From Armatimonadota bacterium (GTDB lineage: Bacteria; Armatimonadota; SYMT01): a stretch of 64,000 bases of DNA. Both the position numbers and the translations under genes were made by a program. Below are positions 19,503 through 30,310 of the stretch, in pieces. Every line of letters starts with the position of its first letter. Within the stretch, counting starts at the first letter, position 1. The stretch lies in NCBI GenBank assembly GCA_041690135.1, contig JAWLHY010000004.1:288001-352000 (forward strand), read 5' to 3'. The notes below the pieces were generated by a model. It was not told the origin of the DNA. It searched no databases and was given only the letters and a program-made list of their open reading frames with translations.

Positions 19503-20411
19503 TCACTTCTTCAAGAGGCCCCGGTGCTTGAGCCATTCGGCGCAGCGGTCGGGCCAGGTGGTGACGGGCTCGTCGGTCTTCCGGAGACCGTAGCCGTGGC
19601 CGCCCGTGGCGTAGACGTGCAGATCCGCGGGAACGTTCGCTTTCTTGAGGGCCAGGTACATCCGCACGCTGCTCTCCACCGTCACGGGGTCGTCGCCGGC
19701 GTGGGCGAAGAAGGTCGGCGGGGTCTCTTTCGTGACCCGGATTTCGGGGGTGAGGCCGTCGCCTTCCTTCGCGGCGAGGTAGGCCGGGTAGACCAGGATG
19801 GCGAAGTCGGGCCGGCAGCTCACTTTGTCCGTGTCGTCCACCGCTTCATAGGCGCGGCGGTCCCAGTTCGTGGCGGCGGAGGCGGCGAGGTGCCCCCCGG
19901 CTGAGAAGCCGAGCACCCCGATGCGGTTCGGGTCCAGGCCCCATTCCTTCGCCTTGCTGCGGGTGAGGCTCACCGCTCGCTGGATGTCCTGAAGCGGGCC
20001 GACGGGCGGCTTGTCTTTCGGCTGGTCCGGCCGGCGGGGCACCCGGTACTTGAGGACGATGCCGGTCACTCCGAGGGAGTTCAGCCACTCCGCGACCTCC
20101 GTCCCTTCCAGGTCGTAGGCGAGGATGTGATAGCCGCCGCCGGGCGCGATCACCACGGAGGCGCCGGTATCCTTCTCCTTCGGAGGCTTGTAGACGGCGA
20201 GGGTGGGCGTGGAAACATTGGCCAGCCGGATCAGGGGGCGGCCCGCCACCAGCCCTTTACCGGGCTGCGACGTATCCTTTTCCTCGCCGACCGAACCGGT
20301 CTCGCCGGGCGGCCGGCCGGGCCACACGTCCAGGGTCAGCGGTTTCTCCGCCGCGGAAGCGGCCACGCACGCCGCCAGGGTCAAGACCGTAAGGGCCGGT
20401 CGGATTTTCAT
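19503..20411 (-). CDS. Secreted alpha/beta hydrolase (carbohydrate esterase-like)
   Basis: PGGGY oxyanion loop, GFSAGG nucleophile, DDPV, GGHGYG; signal peptide. Confidence 0.92.
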   Translation of the reverse strand: MKIRPALTVLTLAACVAASAAEKPLTLDVWPGRPPGETGSVGEEKDTSQPGKGLVAGRPLIRLANVSTPTLAVYKPPKEKDTGASVVIAPGGGYHILAYDLEGTEVAEWLNSLGVTGIVLKYRVPRRPDQPKDKPPVGPLQDIQRAVSLTRSKAKEWGLDPNRIGVLGFSAGGHLAASAATNWDRRAYEAVDDTDKVSCRPDFAILVYPAYLAAKEGDGLTPEIRVTKETPPTFFAHAGDDPVTVESSVRMYLALKKANVPADLHVYATGGHGYGLRKTDEPVTTWPDRCAEWLKHRGLLKK

Positions 20412-20556
20412 AGATAAGTGCTCCAGAATGCTTTGCCCGCCGGGGTAGGGAGGCGGGTGTGATATTTCTCATTTGCGTGCGGAGGGATTGGGCTCCTCCA
20501 GCTAGAGGGCTGCCAAATTCCCTACTCCGGCGTAGCCGGAACCCAAGAGGAAGACG

Positions 20557-20815
20557 GCGTCATTGCGAAGGAGCCTTAGCGACTGCGGCAATCCCCCTGC
20601 CCTCCGCGCCGCCGCCTTCGCCCCCGTTCGCCCTCTTTGCGAAAGTCGCTGCGGAACCCCGGAGCCGGAGGGCGACGTACCGAGATCAAGACCCACTGCG
20701 GTCACCAGGGGGATTGCCACGCCCCGCAGTGGACGGATCTCGCACCCGAATGCGATGTGAACCAAAACACGGCACGCGTACCTACCGGCGGACCGGTCGG
20801 GGCTCGCAATGACGC
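20557..20815. mobile_element. MITE/RPE-like palindromic element with 12-bp terminal inverted repeats
   Basis: GCGTCATTGCGA at 20557 and TCGCAATGACGC ending at 20815; internal inverted pair GGCAATCCCC/GGGGATTGCC. Confidence 0.65.
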
Positions 20816-20896
20816 GCGCTAGCTTGCGGAAGCTACACCATTTGCGCGCGTTTTGCGCTGAAGTCCACGGGCAAGTGACTCATCCAAATCCTGGTC

Positions 20897-23326
20897 CTAA
20901 TCCATCTTCAACCGAGTGCTCCCCGAGCTTACTGGATGGGTTTTGCCGTTCCAGATGAAATCTCCGGTAACGCCTTCGGGGAGATGGAGGTCGGCTTCGA
21001 GGCGGTCTCCCTGGCGGACGAGGCGAACGGAGATCTCGCCGCGGGGGTGAGGGATCGTTCCGCTCACGCGTTCCAGCTTGCCGGGATGGGGCCGGATGAC
21101 CACGCGGCTGAAGCCGGGCGCGGCGGAGTCGATGCCCAGCACGGTCCGGAAGAGCTCGAAGTTGGGGTGCGCGCTCCACGCGTGGCAGTCGGAGCGGGAG
21201 GCGTTGGTTGCTCCCTCGGGGCGCTCCGCCCAGGTGGTGAGGCCCCGGTCCAGCATGGACTGCCACTCGCCGAGCAGGTCGAGATACCGGTCGCCCAGAC
21301 CTACCCGGTTCACGGCCTCGTGGAAGTAGTACGAGCACTGGACGAGCTCCCTGTCCGCCAGCGTCTTCTCGACGATGCGGCGCGCCTCCCGTCCCTTCAC
21401 CACACCGGCCAGCACCGCGAGGACGTTGGTCTGCTGCGAGAACTCCTTATGCTCGGGGGTATCCGCGAAGAGGCCGCGCGACTGATCCCAGTAGAGGCGG
21501 CGGATCGTCTTGCGGAGGCGCGACGCCGCGGCACGGTCCTCGCCGGCGCGGGACCGGTTACCCAGGGCACTCTCCAGGTCGGCAGCCCAGTCGTAGGCCA
21601 GCAGGAGCTGGAGGTCGAACGGGGCCGAGGAGCCCTCCGGCGTGGCGGGTGGGACCCCCCGCCGCCACTCGTTGGCCCAGTCCACATAGTTCCACCAGGG
21701 GAGCAGGCCCAGCGAGCCGTCCGCCTTCTCGTAGCGCTGGAAGAAGGAGAGCACGGAACGGATGCCGGGGAGCATCTCGCGGGCAAAATCCGGATCGTCC
21801 ACGTAGCGCCAGTAGTCGTGCACCATCCCGATCCACCAGAGAGAGAAGGAGGGGATGTACTGCTGCTGGCGCGTGGGGAACCGGCTCATCGTGGCCCCCT
21901 CGGAGGTCCGCGAGTCGTTCATTTGCGCGATGGCGTTCTTCATCAGGCGCGCGTCGCCGGAGTTGTAGAGGGAGATGAGGCACTGGATGCGCGTGTCGCC
22001 GACGTACTGGAGCTGCTCGTAGTAGGGACAGTCCATGTAGGTCTCATGCGCGCAGAGCCGGGCGGTGCGCCAGCCGACTTCCAGGATTCGCTGGAGCCGC
22101 GCGTTCTCCGATCCGCCGGTCTCGAAGCGCGCCTGCATCCGGAACGGGTAGCCAGTGTAGACCCCGCGCAGGTCCTCCACCGTCAGGGGCTCGTCCTGCG
22201 TTTCGACCTGCACGTCGATGTACCGGTAGGTGCGCCACCAGAGCGGGCGGTAGAGCCGGTTCGCGCCCCCGTCCAGGGTGAAGACGTCCCGATACCCGAC
22301 GAACTCTTTCCCTTCCACCTCGTTCCGGTTGCCCTTGTCGCCGCGCCGCGCGCCCTTCTGGTAGAGCGACTCCGCATAGCCGAGGGAGACCACCGCACCT
22401 TTCCCACCGCTGACGACCAACTCCGGATAGCCGGTGGTGAGGTAGGACTGGTCGAGCAGTAACCGCGCCTTCGTGCGCGCGGGAACGCGGAACGGCGCCC
22501 GCTCCCGGGGGAACGCGGCCGGCGGCTGCACCCCGCTTGTCTCCCGGACGACGGCCAGGCGCTCCGGCTTCTCCTCCATCAGCGGGATGGAGCGCGGGAC
22601 CAGCATCCAGCGGTTGGGGCCGTCGCGCGTGTCCCGTGGAGCCCCGGCGGAGAGGACGGCCGGCTTCGCCCAGGCGGAGTCGTCGTACTCCGGCCGTTCC
22701 CAGCCCCAGGGGTACTTCGCGCCGTCGATCCGCTCCCCGGGACCGACCACGAAGTAGCCACGCATCTCGGCGTGGGTGTAATGGATTGGCTGGTAGGCGG
22801 GGCTGCGGTAGGTCCTCCACGCCGCCCCGGTATCGGCCGCGCGCTCGGCGGGACCGTCCCCCTGGAGCAGGAAGCCGGACTGGACCGTCTGCTGAGCTTC
22901 CGGGGCGTACTGGCCGTAGTTCCAGACCACGGCCGCCAGGACGTTCTTGCCGGAGCGGAGGTAGGGGGCGAGGTCCACCGTTTCATAGCGCCAGTGGAAG
23001 AGGTCGCCGCGTGCGGGCCCCCACACCACGCGCTCGCCGTTGACGAAGAGCTGGTACCGGTTATCGCCGGTGACGTGAACGACGAACCGGGACGGCTTCT
23101 CCTTCAGGTCGAGAGCCCGGCGGAAATGGTGGACGCCGAAATCGAGGGGGGATCCCTCGGAAGGGGCGATCCAGCGCGCGCTCCACTGCTGGGTCAACAG
23201 TTCGGGGTTGATCTTGATGGCCATCGTCCGCGAAGGGTCCGGTGCCTGGGCGGCGCCCACCATGGAGACCGCACAGAGCAGCAGGCCCAGGTATACGTGG
23301 CGGCTATATCGAGTACGGGTTGGCAT
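20897..23326 (-). CDS. Alpha-L-rhamnosidase family (GH78), secreted
   Basis: [53 protein letters not shown]. Exact start uncertain. Confidence 0.9.
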   Translation of the reverse strand: MPTRTRYSRHVYLGLLLCAVSMVGAAQAPDPSRTMAIKINPELLTQQWSARWIAPSEGSPLDFGVHHFRRALDLKEKPSRFVVHVTGDNRYQLFVNGERVVWGPARGDLFHWRYETVDLAPYLRSGKNVLAAVVWNYGQYAPEAQQTVQSGFLLQGDGPAERAADTGAAWRTYRSPAYQPIHYTHAEMRGYFVVGPGERIDGAKYPWGWERPEYDDSAWAKPAVLSAGAPRDTRDGPNRWMLVPRSIPLMEEKPERLAVVRETSGVQPPAAFPRERAPFRVPARTKARLLLDQSYLTTGYPELVVSGGKGAVVSLGYAESLYQKGARRGDKGNRNEVEGKEFVGYRDVFTLDGGANRLYRPLWWRTYRYIDVQVETQDEPLTVEDLRGVYTGYPFRMQARFETGGSENARLQRILEVGWRTARLCAHETYMDCPYYEQLQYVGDTRIQCLISLYNSGDARLMKNAIAQMNDSRTSEGATMSRFPTRQQQYIPSFSLWWIGMVHDYWRYVDDPDFAREMLPGIRSVLSFFQRYEKADGSLGLLPWWNYVDWANEWRRGVPPATPEGSSAPFDLQLLLAYDWAADLESALGNRSRAGEDRAAASRLRKTIRRLYWDQSRGLFADTPEHKEFSQQTNVLAVLAGVVKGREARRIVEKTLADRELVQCSYYFHEAVNRVGLGDRYLDLLGEWQSMLDRGLTTWAERPEGATNASRSDCHAWSAHPNFELFRTVLGIDSAAPGFSRVVIRPHPGKLERVSGTIPHPRGEISVRLVRQGDRLEADLHLPEGVTGDFIWNGKTHPVSSGSTRLKMD

Positions 23327-23419
23327 TGGAGAGATCAAGGTTGGCAAGTTGGCAAGTTGGAAGGTTGAAAGTTGAAGGTTGAAGGTTGGGGGGTGGTCGG
23401 AATTCGGGTCAAGCTCCGC

Positions 23420-24949
23420 TTATGAGTTGGGAGCGGCGACAAAGCCATAGAGATCGGCCCGCTGGAACTGGAATTCCAGGCGGAGGTACCGGCCTTTCAG
23501 GTCGTCCAGCTTCCGGCCGTGCCAGCTCATCCGGTGGCGCACCGCGTCGCCGGTGAACGGCGCACTCTCCTCATAGCCGTATCCGGGGAGCGGATTGCGC
23601 CGCAGATCGGTGACACGCACCCGCACGGAGCCGCCCTTCGTGGCGGTGGCGTTGATCTCGAGCTCTCCGCCGGGCCAGAGGAGCGGCCGGGTCACCACGT
23701 AGGAGGGCCGGTTGCGGGCCTGCAGGGAGACGGCGCCTTCCTTCCGGAGCTTCACCAGGCCGATGGCGCCCTGCCGGTCTTTCGCGTCGTGGTAGCCGTT
23801 GTGCCCGCTGTAGTACAGCCACCACTCGTCGCCGTGCTCGATCACCCGGTCCGCGCTGAAGACCATCCCGCCGTCCCAGGTTCCCGGCTCGTCCACGGAG
23901 AGGAACTTCCGGCGCTGCGGGGTGCGGGTCCAGTGGAACCCATCGCGGCTGAAGACCAACTCGACTTCGATCGACTGCGGGCGCTGGTTCAGGTGCTGGA
24001 GCAGGCCCCAGTAAACCCCGCCGTAGCGGAAGGTGGGCATCCCATAGAAGCGCCCGGCGTCGCCCTCGTCGGGAATGATCACCGAACTGGGCACGCTGTT
24101 CCACTCCGCCCAGAGCTCCGGGCTGGAGACGCGGGAGATCATGCGGATGTTGCCGTTCTTGGGGTGCTCCAGGTTCCCCGCGAAGATGTTCGTGGGGCGG
24201 CCAAAGATCACCCACTCCTTGCGGTCCGGATCGTGGACCACCGTCTGGAAGGTGTCCACCCGGTACGGCAGGATCCGCTGCTGGCGCAGTGTCCAGCGCA
24301 GCCCATCCTCGGAGGTGTGCAGGTAGTGGTTCTGGTCACATGAGTAGGCGACGAACCGGTGGCCGCGGAGTGCCTCGGCCGGCACGCTCCCCAGGTTTCG
24401 GATCGGCCCGGAATGCTCGGGCGTGAGCACGTGCAGCGCCTTGCCCTCGCGCTCCCCCTTCACGACAATATTCGTGCGGAGTGTCTCTCCCCAGGGGACG
24501 GCGTCCAGCAGCGGCTTGGTCCAGCGCAGCCCATCTTTAGACTCGGCCACGCAGGTGGAGTAATGGCCTTTCGGATAACCCGGCTTTCCGGCAACCTCGG
24601 GGTTCCAGACCTGGTAGTAGATGCGGTGGAGCTTCGCTTGCCGGTCGTAAACGACGCCGGTGTAGCCCATCCCGTGTTTTTCCCAGGGCTTGTCCGGGTC
24701 GAGCGTGATCAGCGGGGGACCGTGCTTCTTCGGCGAGTGCCAGACGTGAGGCACGTCCGCGGAGATCTGCGTCTCGGTGTAGCGGTTCTCCACCAGGTAG
24801 TCATCGACGAAGAGCTGGGGCTCACCGGGCTGGAGGGTCCGGTAGAGGGGTGGAACTTCTTCCTGCGTACCCGCCTCCAGCGCCACGCCCAGGCACAACG
24901 CCAGTGGCGCCAGAAGCAATCCCCACCGGATTCGGGTTCGCAGCCACAT
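23420..24949 (-). CDS. Secreted beta-propeller glycoside-hydrolase-like protein
   Basis: QLFVDD, KPWE, Asp-box repeats (AESKDGLRW, TSEDGLRW, FSRDGFHW), WDGG, WLYYSG, ADLYGF. ATG 24949 with SD GGGAGA. Confidence 0.75.
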   Translation of the reverse strand: MWLRTRIRWGLLLAPLALCLGVALEAGTQEEVPPLYRTLQPGEPQLFVDDYLVENRYTETQISADVPHVWHSPKKHGPPLITLDPDKPWEKHGMGYTGVVYDRQAKLHRIYYQVWNPEVAGKPGYPKGHYSTCVAESKDGLRWTKPLLDAVPWGETLRTNIVVKGEREGKALHVLTPEHSGPIRNLGSVPAEALRGHRFVAYSCDQNHYLHTSEDGLRWTLRQQRILPYRVDTFQTVVHDPDRKEWVIFGRPTNIFAGNLEHPKNGNIRMISRVSSPELWAEWNSVPSSVIIPDEGDAGRFYGMPTFRYGGVYWGLLQHLNQRPQSIEVELVFSRDGFHWTRTPQRRKFLSVDEPGTWDGGMVFSADRVIEHGDEWWLYYSGHNGYHDAKDRQGAIGLVKLRKEGAVSLQARNRPSYVVTRPLLWPGGELEINATATKGGSVRVRVTDLRRNPLPGYGYEESAPFTGDAVRHRMSWHGRKLDDLKGRYLRLEFQFQRADLYGFVAAPNS

Positions 24950-25043
24950 ATCTTCTCCCGTCCGTTCCCCAATGAGCGGATCGACACTCTCACATTGGCT
25001 GCGAATCGCCGGCAATTCCTCCGGTTCAGCGCCTCCCGTTCGC

Positions 25044-26324
25044 TTACGTGTCTTGCAGCAGGCAGGCGCTGATCCGGCAGGCGTCGCACCAGTGGAAGTA
25101 AGCGATGCCGCCGCTTCCCCAGCTCAGTTCATCGCCGTTTTCCAGCGGAAGCCCCGAGTCGAGCTGCAGGAGGAAGCGCATCAAACCGCCGCAGCCGGGA
25201 CACTCGGGGTATTCCGCGGACTGGATCCAGCAGGGATAGCCGCCTACCCGGTGGAGGTTCTGGCGGGAGTTGGTCAGTCCCCAATCCTGCCACCGCCAGC
25301 GGGGTCCACCATCCGCCAGCCGGATCTCCGCGGGCTGCAGCACGGGATGCGCCTCCCGCGGCTCCTCTCCCCGCGACTCGCCCAGCGAGAACGGCTCGCC
25401 ATTCTCCCCGTGCCGGTAGTAGAGCACCGGCTCTTCCCATCCGAGGCACGGGAGACAGAAGGCGAGCGAGAGGCTCGGCAACCCCGATACGCCGAATTGC
25501 GACGTGTCGGGCTCCAGGGTCAGCAGATGGCAGAGACCACCCCCGCAGACGGCGCAGTTCCCGTCAGCGGCGCCCCCGAACCGAAGCGGCGGGGCGCCCC
25601 GGGGGTCGAGGTGCCAGGTAGGATGATGGCGCTGGAGCCATGCCGGACCCGGGTCCGGCAGGTAACCGTCCGGAAAGACGAGATGGCGGACGACAGCCGG
25701 ATAGAGCGGCTGTAAGTCACCGTCGGCGCCGGTGTACCCGACTTCCTGCAGATGGTCCTCCGGATCCCCCGCGCTGTCGCCGGGGAACCGGGGCCGCAGC
25801 ACCTGCGTGGACCGCGCCAGCGCCTCCGCCAGCGCTTCCGGGTCGCGGGTCTCCAGCAGGCACTGGAAGGCGCGCCGGTGGTCTCCCGGCCGCGGCGGGG
25901 AGTGGTCGAGGAGGTTGCGGAGGAACGGGAGGCTGGAGGCGCCGGACTCTCGCCACGGCCATTCCGCATAATAGGAGTCCCGGTTCGGCGCCAGGTGGAA
26001 AATCCGCTCCAGGTGCGGATGAAGGGACGGCAACGCCTGCAGCGACGCGGCGGCGATCGCGAAGGCGGCCGCCTCGTTCTCCGGATCGCTCTCCAGAACG
26101 GCCAACGCGTGCTCCACGAGCACCGGCCACTCTTCCTCCCGCAGCCAGCTCAGGGCGTCCTGATAGAAGGTGGGCCCCTGCGGCAGTTGCTCGATCACCC
26201 TGCGCCCCAGTTCCAGGGCCGCGCCGGGGTGCGTGGTGACCAACTCCAGGGTCCGCTCGTGCGGATCAAAATCCCAGCCTTTATCCTGAAACTCCCCGAT
26301 GATAGAAGTGATCGCGGCTTTCAT
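25044..26324 (-). CDS. DUF1963/YwqG-like domain protein
   Basis: RFGG..CAVC, HRVGGYPCWIQSAEYPECPGC..MRFLLQLDS..WGSGGIAYFHWC..Q. ATG 26324 with SD AAGGGG. Confidence 0.75.
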   Translation of the reverse strand: MKAAITSIIGEFQDKGWDFDPHERTLELVTTHPGAALELGRRVIEQLPQGPTFYQDALSWLREEEWPVLVEHALAVLESDPENEAAAFAIAAASLQALPSLHPHLERIFHLAPNRDSYYAEWPWRESGASSLPFLRNLLDHSPPRPGDHRRAFQCLLETRDPEALAEALARSTQVLRPRFPGDSAGDPEDHLQEVGYTGADGDLQPLYPAVVRHLVFPDGYLPDPGPAWLQRHHPTWHLDPRGAPPLRFGGAADGNCAVCGGGLCHLLTLEPDTSQFGVSGLPSLSLAFCLPCLGWEEPVLYYRHGENGEPFSLGESRGEEPREAHPVLQPAEIRLADGGPRWRWQDWGLTNSRQNLHRVGGYPCWIQSAEYPECPGCGGLMRFLLQLDSGLPLENGDELSWGSGGIAYFHWCDACRISACLLQDT

Positions 26325-26591
26325 ATGGCTTCCCCTTAAAGCGAAGCACACCTTGGCTGGTATAAGTCGATCTCAGGAGGCCCATTACCCCGCCAGGGTT
26401 ATGTGCTTACCCCAGTACTCGTTTGGGGTTCCGTCGCACTTTGAATGAGTGTGAAGCGACTCCTGTCCCGGTACTTCCCCCAGGATTGGGGGGCAGGGGG
26501 CCGAAGGCGCGGGGCCAAGACACTCGTCGCCGTTCAACAAACCCAGACAGTAATCGGACCTGCTCCCATACGGAGAGAAGGCTACAGCGGA

Positions 26592-28964
26592 TTAGCCCGA
26601 TTCCCCCAACGCCGCCAGGGCCAGTCCTGATTCGCCCGCGACGGAGTAGAGCAGGTAAACGCGGCCGTCCTCGATGAAGATGGCCGGGTCTCGCACGCCG
26701 TTTTCGGGGCCTTTCACGGCGCCGGCACGGGACGGTCGTACCGGCAGGTCCGTCCCCTCGTAGGGCAACTCCGGCTTGAGGATGAGCTGTGGGTCGGAGG
26801 CTTTCCACTGGCGCCAGTCCGGGCGGAGATCGATGCGGCTGCGCAAAATCGACTCCGGCGCGTCCCCGATGCGGGAGTAGTAGACGTCGAGCGTGTCGCC
26901 GCGTGGGTGGAGCGCCACGTGCCGAAGGCTGCCGGGCTGGTTGCGGGCCGCGTCCTGGTTGGGGACCTCCGGGAAAGGGTTGCCGCCCGGCTCGAACCCG
27001 GTGAGCCCGTCGCGGGAGCGGAACAGGTCGCCGCCCTTGGCCATGGCGTACCAGTAATCGCCGTAGGGGAACACGCGGAAGTAGAAGGTCCCGAGGACTT
27101 CCTCCGAGGCTTTGAAGCTCAACCCGTCCTTCGAGATGGCGACGAACGACTTCTGTCCGTCGCCGCGCGCCGAGGGGCCGTGGAAGTACATCCGGACCTG
27201 TTTCCGCACCGGGTCGAGGTGGACATCGGGCGAGGCGATGTGCCCCCGCGCGGCCGGGACCTCCTTCAGGTGGAGCGTGCCCGGCGCGTGGATCTTCCAC
27301 GGGCCTTCCAGGCGGTCCGCATAGGCCAGGCGGATGTACGTGCCGCCGTGGTGCGCGAAGTAGAGGTAGTACCGCCCGAGCGGGTTGGGGATCCAGTCCG
27401 GCACCCGGATCAGGGAGGGGCCGTTGATGTTGGCGCCATCGCGGCCGGGGAGCATCTCCGGTCGGATGATGGGGTTGCCGGAGAATCGGCGCACCCGCAC
27501 GCCTGGCTCAAACCCGGCTCGCGTCTTACCGTCATGATCGATCAGGGGCTGGGCGGCGGACACCTTGCCCAGTGGCCGGCAGCCGAGGGCGGGACCGTCG
27601 AGGCCGAGGTCTTCCTTCGCCGCCGCGACGAGCCCGAGGAGCTTCTCCACGACTTCGGGCTGAGCCGCGGCCGCGTCGCTTGCCTCCCCCATATCGGTGC
27701 GGAGGTGGTAGAGCTTCGGCTTTCCGTTCGGGTTCTGGGCGGGCGGCAACTGCAGCTTCCAATCCCCGTGCCGGACCGCCTCCAGGCGCAGGCCGCGGTA
27801 ATAGTAGAAGGTCTCGTGCGCGGGTTTCGCGCCCGGCGTGCCGGCGAGGTGGGGCCAGAGGTTCACCCCGTCGAGCTTGCGGTCGGCGGGAGCCTCCGCG
27901 CCCGCGAGCGCCGCGAAAGTGGGCAGGATGTCGAACATCGCGCCGACAGCATCCGTTTCCGTCCCCGCGGGGACCTTCCCCGGCCACCAGGCGATGAACG
28001 GGACGCGGATCCCGCCTTCCAGCGTGCTGCCCTTATGGCCCCGGAGCGGCGTGTTCAGTCCGCGCCGCGTACCGCCGTTGTCGCTGGTGAAGATGACCAG
28101 GGTCCGCTCCGCCAGCCCCTGCTTGCGGACGGCGTCGAGCACCTGGCCCACGCTCCAGTCGACCTCCTCCACCCAGTCGGAGTAGAGGCCGTGCGGGGAC
28201 TTTCCGGCCCATTTCTTTCCGGGGTAAAGCGGGAAGTGGACGGCGCTGTGCGGCAGGTAGAGGAAGAAGGGGCGGGACTTGCTGCGCTCGATGAACCGGA
28301 CCGCTTCCGTGGTGTACTGCTCCACAAGCGCCTGCTGGTCGTCCGGCAGTACGCGCTTGAGCACGGTCTCGTTCCGCATCAGCGGCAGGGGCGGCTGGCC
28401 CTTGCCCTTTGCGGCCGGCAGGGGTTTTCCCAGGTCGCTCTTCACGCCGTCCGCGGCGGGACCCATGTCGTTGGAGTACGGCAGGCCGTAGAAGTACTCG
28501 AAGCCCTGCCGGGTAGGCAGGAACTCCGGCTGGTCGCCCAGGTGCCACTTCCCGACCATGCCGGTGGCGTAGCCGGCGCCCTTCAGGACCTCCGCCACCG
28601 TGACCTCTTCCGGCGCCAACCCCACGTCGTTGCCTGGAAAGAGCACATGCGGGATCGGCAGCGCCCGCTTGGCGTAGGAGCCAGTCATCAGGGCCGCCCG
28701 CGACGGAGAGCAGACCGGCGCAGCGTAGAAAGAGGTCAGCTTCCGCCCTTCCCGGGCCATCCGGTCGAGGTTCGGCGTCCGGTTGAGCTTCGATCCGAAC
28801 GGCCCGATGTCCGCATAACCCAGGTCATCGATGTTGATGAGGATAAAGTTGGGACGCTCGCCCGCCGGTCTCTCCGCGGCGCGGGGTTTGGCCACCGGGA
28901 GCAGCAGCAGCCCGCCGGCCAAGAGGGCGAGCAGGCCGGCGGACCAACTCGGAAGGCTTTTCAT
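26592..28964 (-). CDS. Cys-type arylsulfatase fused to a C-terminal beta-propeller glycosidase-like domain
   Basis: PNFILINIDDLG, CSPSRAALMTG, GKWHLG, SDNG; then NPII..NINGPSLIRVPDW..YYLYFAHH..SPDVH..RDPAIF. ATG 28964 with SD GAGGAG. Confidence 0.9.
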   Translation of the reverse strand: MKSLPSWSAGLLALLAGGLLLLPVAKPRAAERPAGERPNFILINIDDLGYADIGPFGSKLNRTPNLDRMAREGRKLTSFYAAPVCSPSRAALMTGSYAKRALPIPHVLFPGNDVGLAPEEVTVAEVLKGAGYATGMVGKWHLGDQPEFLPTRQGFEYFYGLPYSNDMGPAADGVKSDLGKPLPAAKGKGQPPLPLMRNETVLKRVLPDDQQALVEQYTTEAVRFIERSKSRPFFLYLPHSAVHFPLYPGKKWAGKSPHGLYSDWVEEVDWSVGQVLDAVRKQGLAERTLVIFTSDNGGTRRGLNTPLRGHKGSTLEGGIRVPFIAWWPGKVPAGTETDAVGAMFDILPTFAALAGAEAPADRKLDGVNLWPHLAGTPGAKPAHETFYYYRGLRLEAVRHGDWKLQLPPAQNPNGKPKLYHLRTDMGEASDAAAAQPEVVEKLLGLVAAAKEDLGLDGPALGCRPLGKVSAAQPLIDHDGKTRAGFEPGVRVRRFSGNPIIRPEMLPGRDGANINGPSLIRVPDWIPNPLGRYYLYFAHHGGTYIRLAYADRLEGPWKIHAPGTLHLKEVPAARGHIASPDVHLDPVRKQVRMYFHGPSARGDGQKSFVAISKDGLSFKASEEVLGTFYFRVFPYGDYWYAMAKGGDLFRSRDGLTGFEPGGNPFPEVPNQDAARNQPGSLRHVALHPRGDTLDVYYSRIGDAPESILRSRIDLRPDWRQWKASDPQLILKPELPYEGTDLPVRPSRAGAVKGPENGVRDPAIFIEDGRVYLLYSVAGESGLALAALGESG

Positions 28965-29176
28965 GGGGGCTTTGCTCCTCAACGTTGAGGCGGTTTTCCG
29001 CCACCCCAGGGTGCGGACTCTTCTGACACAGAGGGACACCGAGTATACGAGAGAGGACACAGATTCTCTGATGCCTGTTCGCCGTGGGATGCCAGTGGGT
29101 CCTGCGCCGAACGATGGAGCTTACGGGGAGCGGCGGTATAGCCGGGGATAGGGTAGGATGGATCAGAGGTACCCCG

Positions 29177-29467
29177 ATGAGCTACTCTCTTCAGAGACGT
29201 CTTCTGATCCGGACTTGCGCGATCGCCGGAATCGTTGGCGGCTTCGTTCTCTCGCAAGGTGCCCTGGGCGCCACCGTGCGAGTGTTAAAGAGCCGAGATC
29301 CGGAACGCCGCGGCTGCGGAATGCTGGCACCCTCCCACCATTCCGCGGGGGTAACGCTCGGAGGTGGGGCCGGCTGGATGCTGGGCCTGGTCCTGGCGGG
29401 CAGAAGGGGGTCAACTCCCCCGCACGATGAGCCAGATCAGGAACCCGATCGAAGCCAGCAGGCTTAG
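29177..29467 (+). CDS. Small hypothetical membrane protein
   Basis: SD-like AGAGGT and two hydrophobic segments; overlaps the convergent gene end by 57 nt. Confidence 0.35.
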   Translation: MSYSLQRRLLIRTCAIAGIVGGFVLSQGALGATVRVLKSRDPERRGCGMLAPSHHSAGVTLGGGAGWMLGLVLAGRRGSTPPHDEPDQEPDRSQQA

Positions 29468-30133
29468 CCCGCCCATTATGCTGCCCGCGTAAGCCAGGCC
29501 TTTGCCGGGGAGATCCGGCTGCCGCGCGATGCGGCGGAGGGCGTTCACCCCCACCACCAGCGCGGCGATGCACACCGGCCACCCGCAACCGGGCAGCAGC
29601 CCCACGAACAGTGAGAGGATCCCCAGCCACAGCGCATTCTGCGGCGCGGAGAACCGGCGGGCTTCCAGGGCGCCCCGCTGCCACATCAGGTCGAAACAGC
29701 GGATGCAGTAGTTCTTGCCCTCGAACGCCGTGTTGCAGAGCCCGCACATGAAGTCGCCGCACCGGTCGCACGTGGAGTAGGCGGGGTTGTTGGGATGGAA
29801 GGCGCAGGCTCCCAGGACCGGTACCGGGGCGGGATTCGCCGGAATGGGTGCAGCCGCCGTGAGCGCCCCAAGATCAAACTCGCCCACGCTCTGCGACCCC
29901 ATCGGAGCGGAGGAGGATCCCGGGCCGGCATTTCCGGCGTGCCAGGAGGGAGCCGTCGGCACCTGGATGGGATAGGCCCGGAATGTCTGCTTCAGCGCCT
30001 CATGCTTGCACGCGGCGCAGACTTCCGTGCCCTGGAGCGGCACCAGGCAATCCGCGCAGAGAGGTCGTTTGCAGCGGGAACAGACTCGGCTCGCCTCGGT
30101 GAGCGGGTGATTCAGACAGTAGGCCATGGACAT
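29411..30133 (-). CDS. B-box-like zinc-finger protein with DUF4190-type membrane C-terminus
   Basis: Two CxxH..CxxC..CxxC..CxxC units; LGILSL...GKGLAYAG transmembrane helices. Confidence 0.8.
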   Translation of the reverse strand: MSMAYCLNHPLTEASRVCSRCKRPLCADCLVPLQGTEVCAACKHEALKQTFRAYPIQVPTAPSWHAGNAGPGSSSAPMGSQSVGEFDLGALTAAAPIPANPAPVPVLGACAFHPNNPAYSTCDRCGDFMCGLCNTAFEGKNYCIRCFDLMWQRGALEARRFSAPQNALWLGILSLFVGLLPGCGWPVCIAALVVGVNALRRIARQPDLPGKGLAYAGSIMGGLSLLASIGFLIWLIVRGS

Positions 30134-30310
30134 CCAGGGGAGGCAAAGGTCGGTTGCCGGTCGAACAGCAGCGTATCTACCGGCAGTACAGTTCCCGATC
30201 CGGGGCGCGTCCCCCTCTTCCGCCCAGCCGCCCTACCGGCTGGTCGGCGTGCCGGGCTCGCGCCGACATCCGGAGCCTACCTACTGTCGATTCCGTAAAG
30301 GCGGGCCGAC

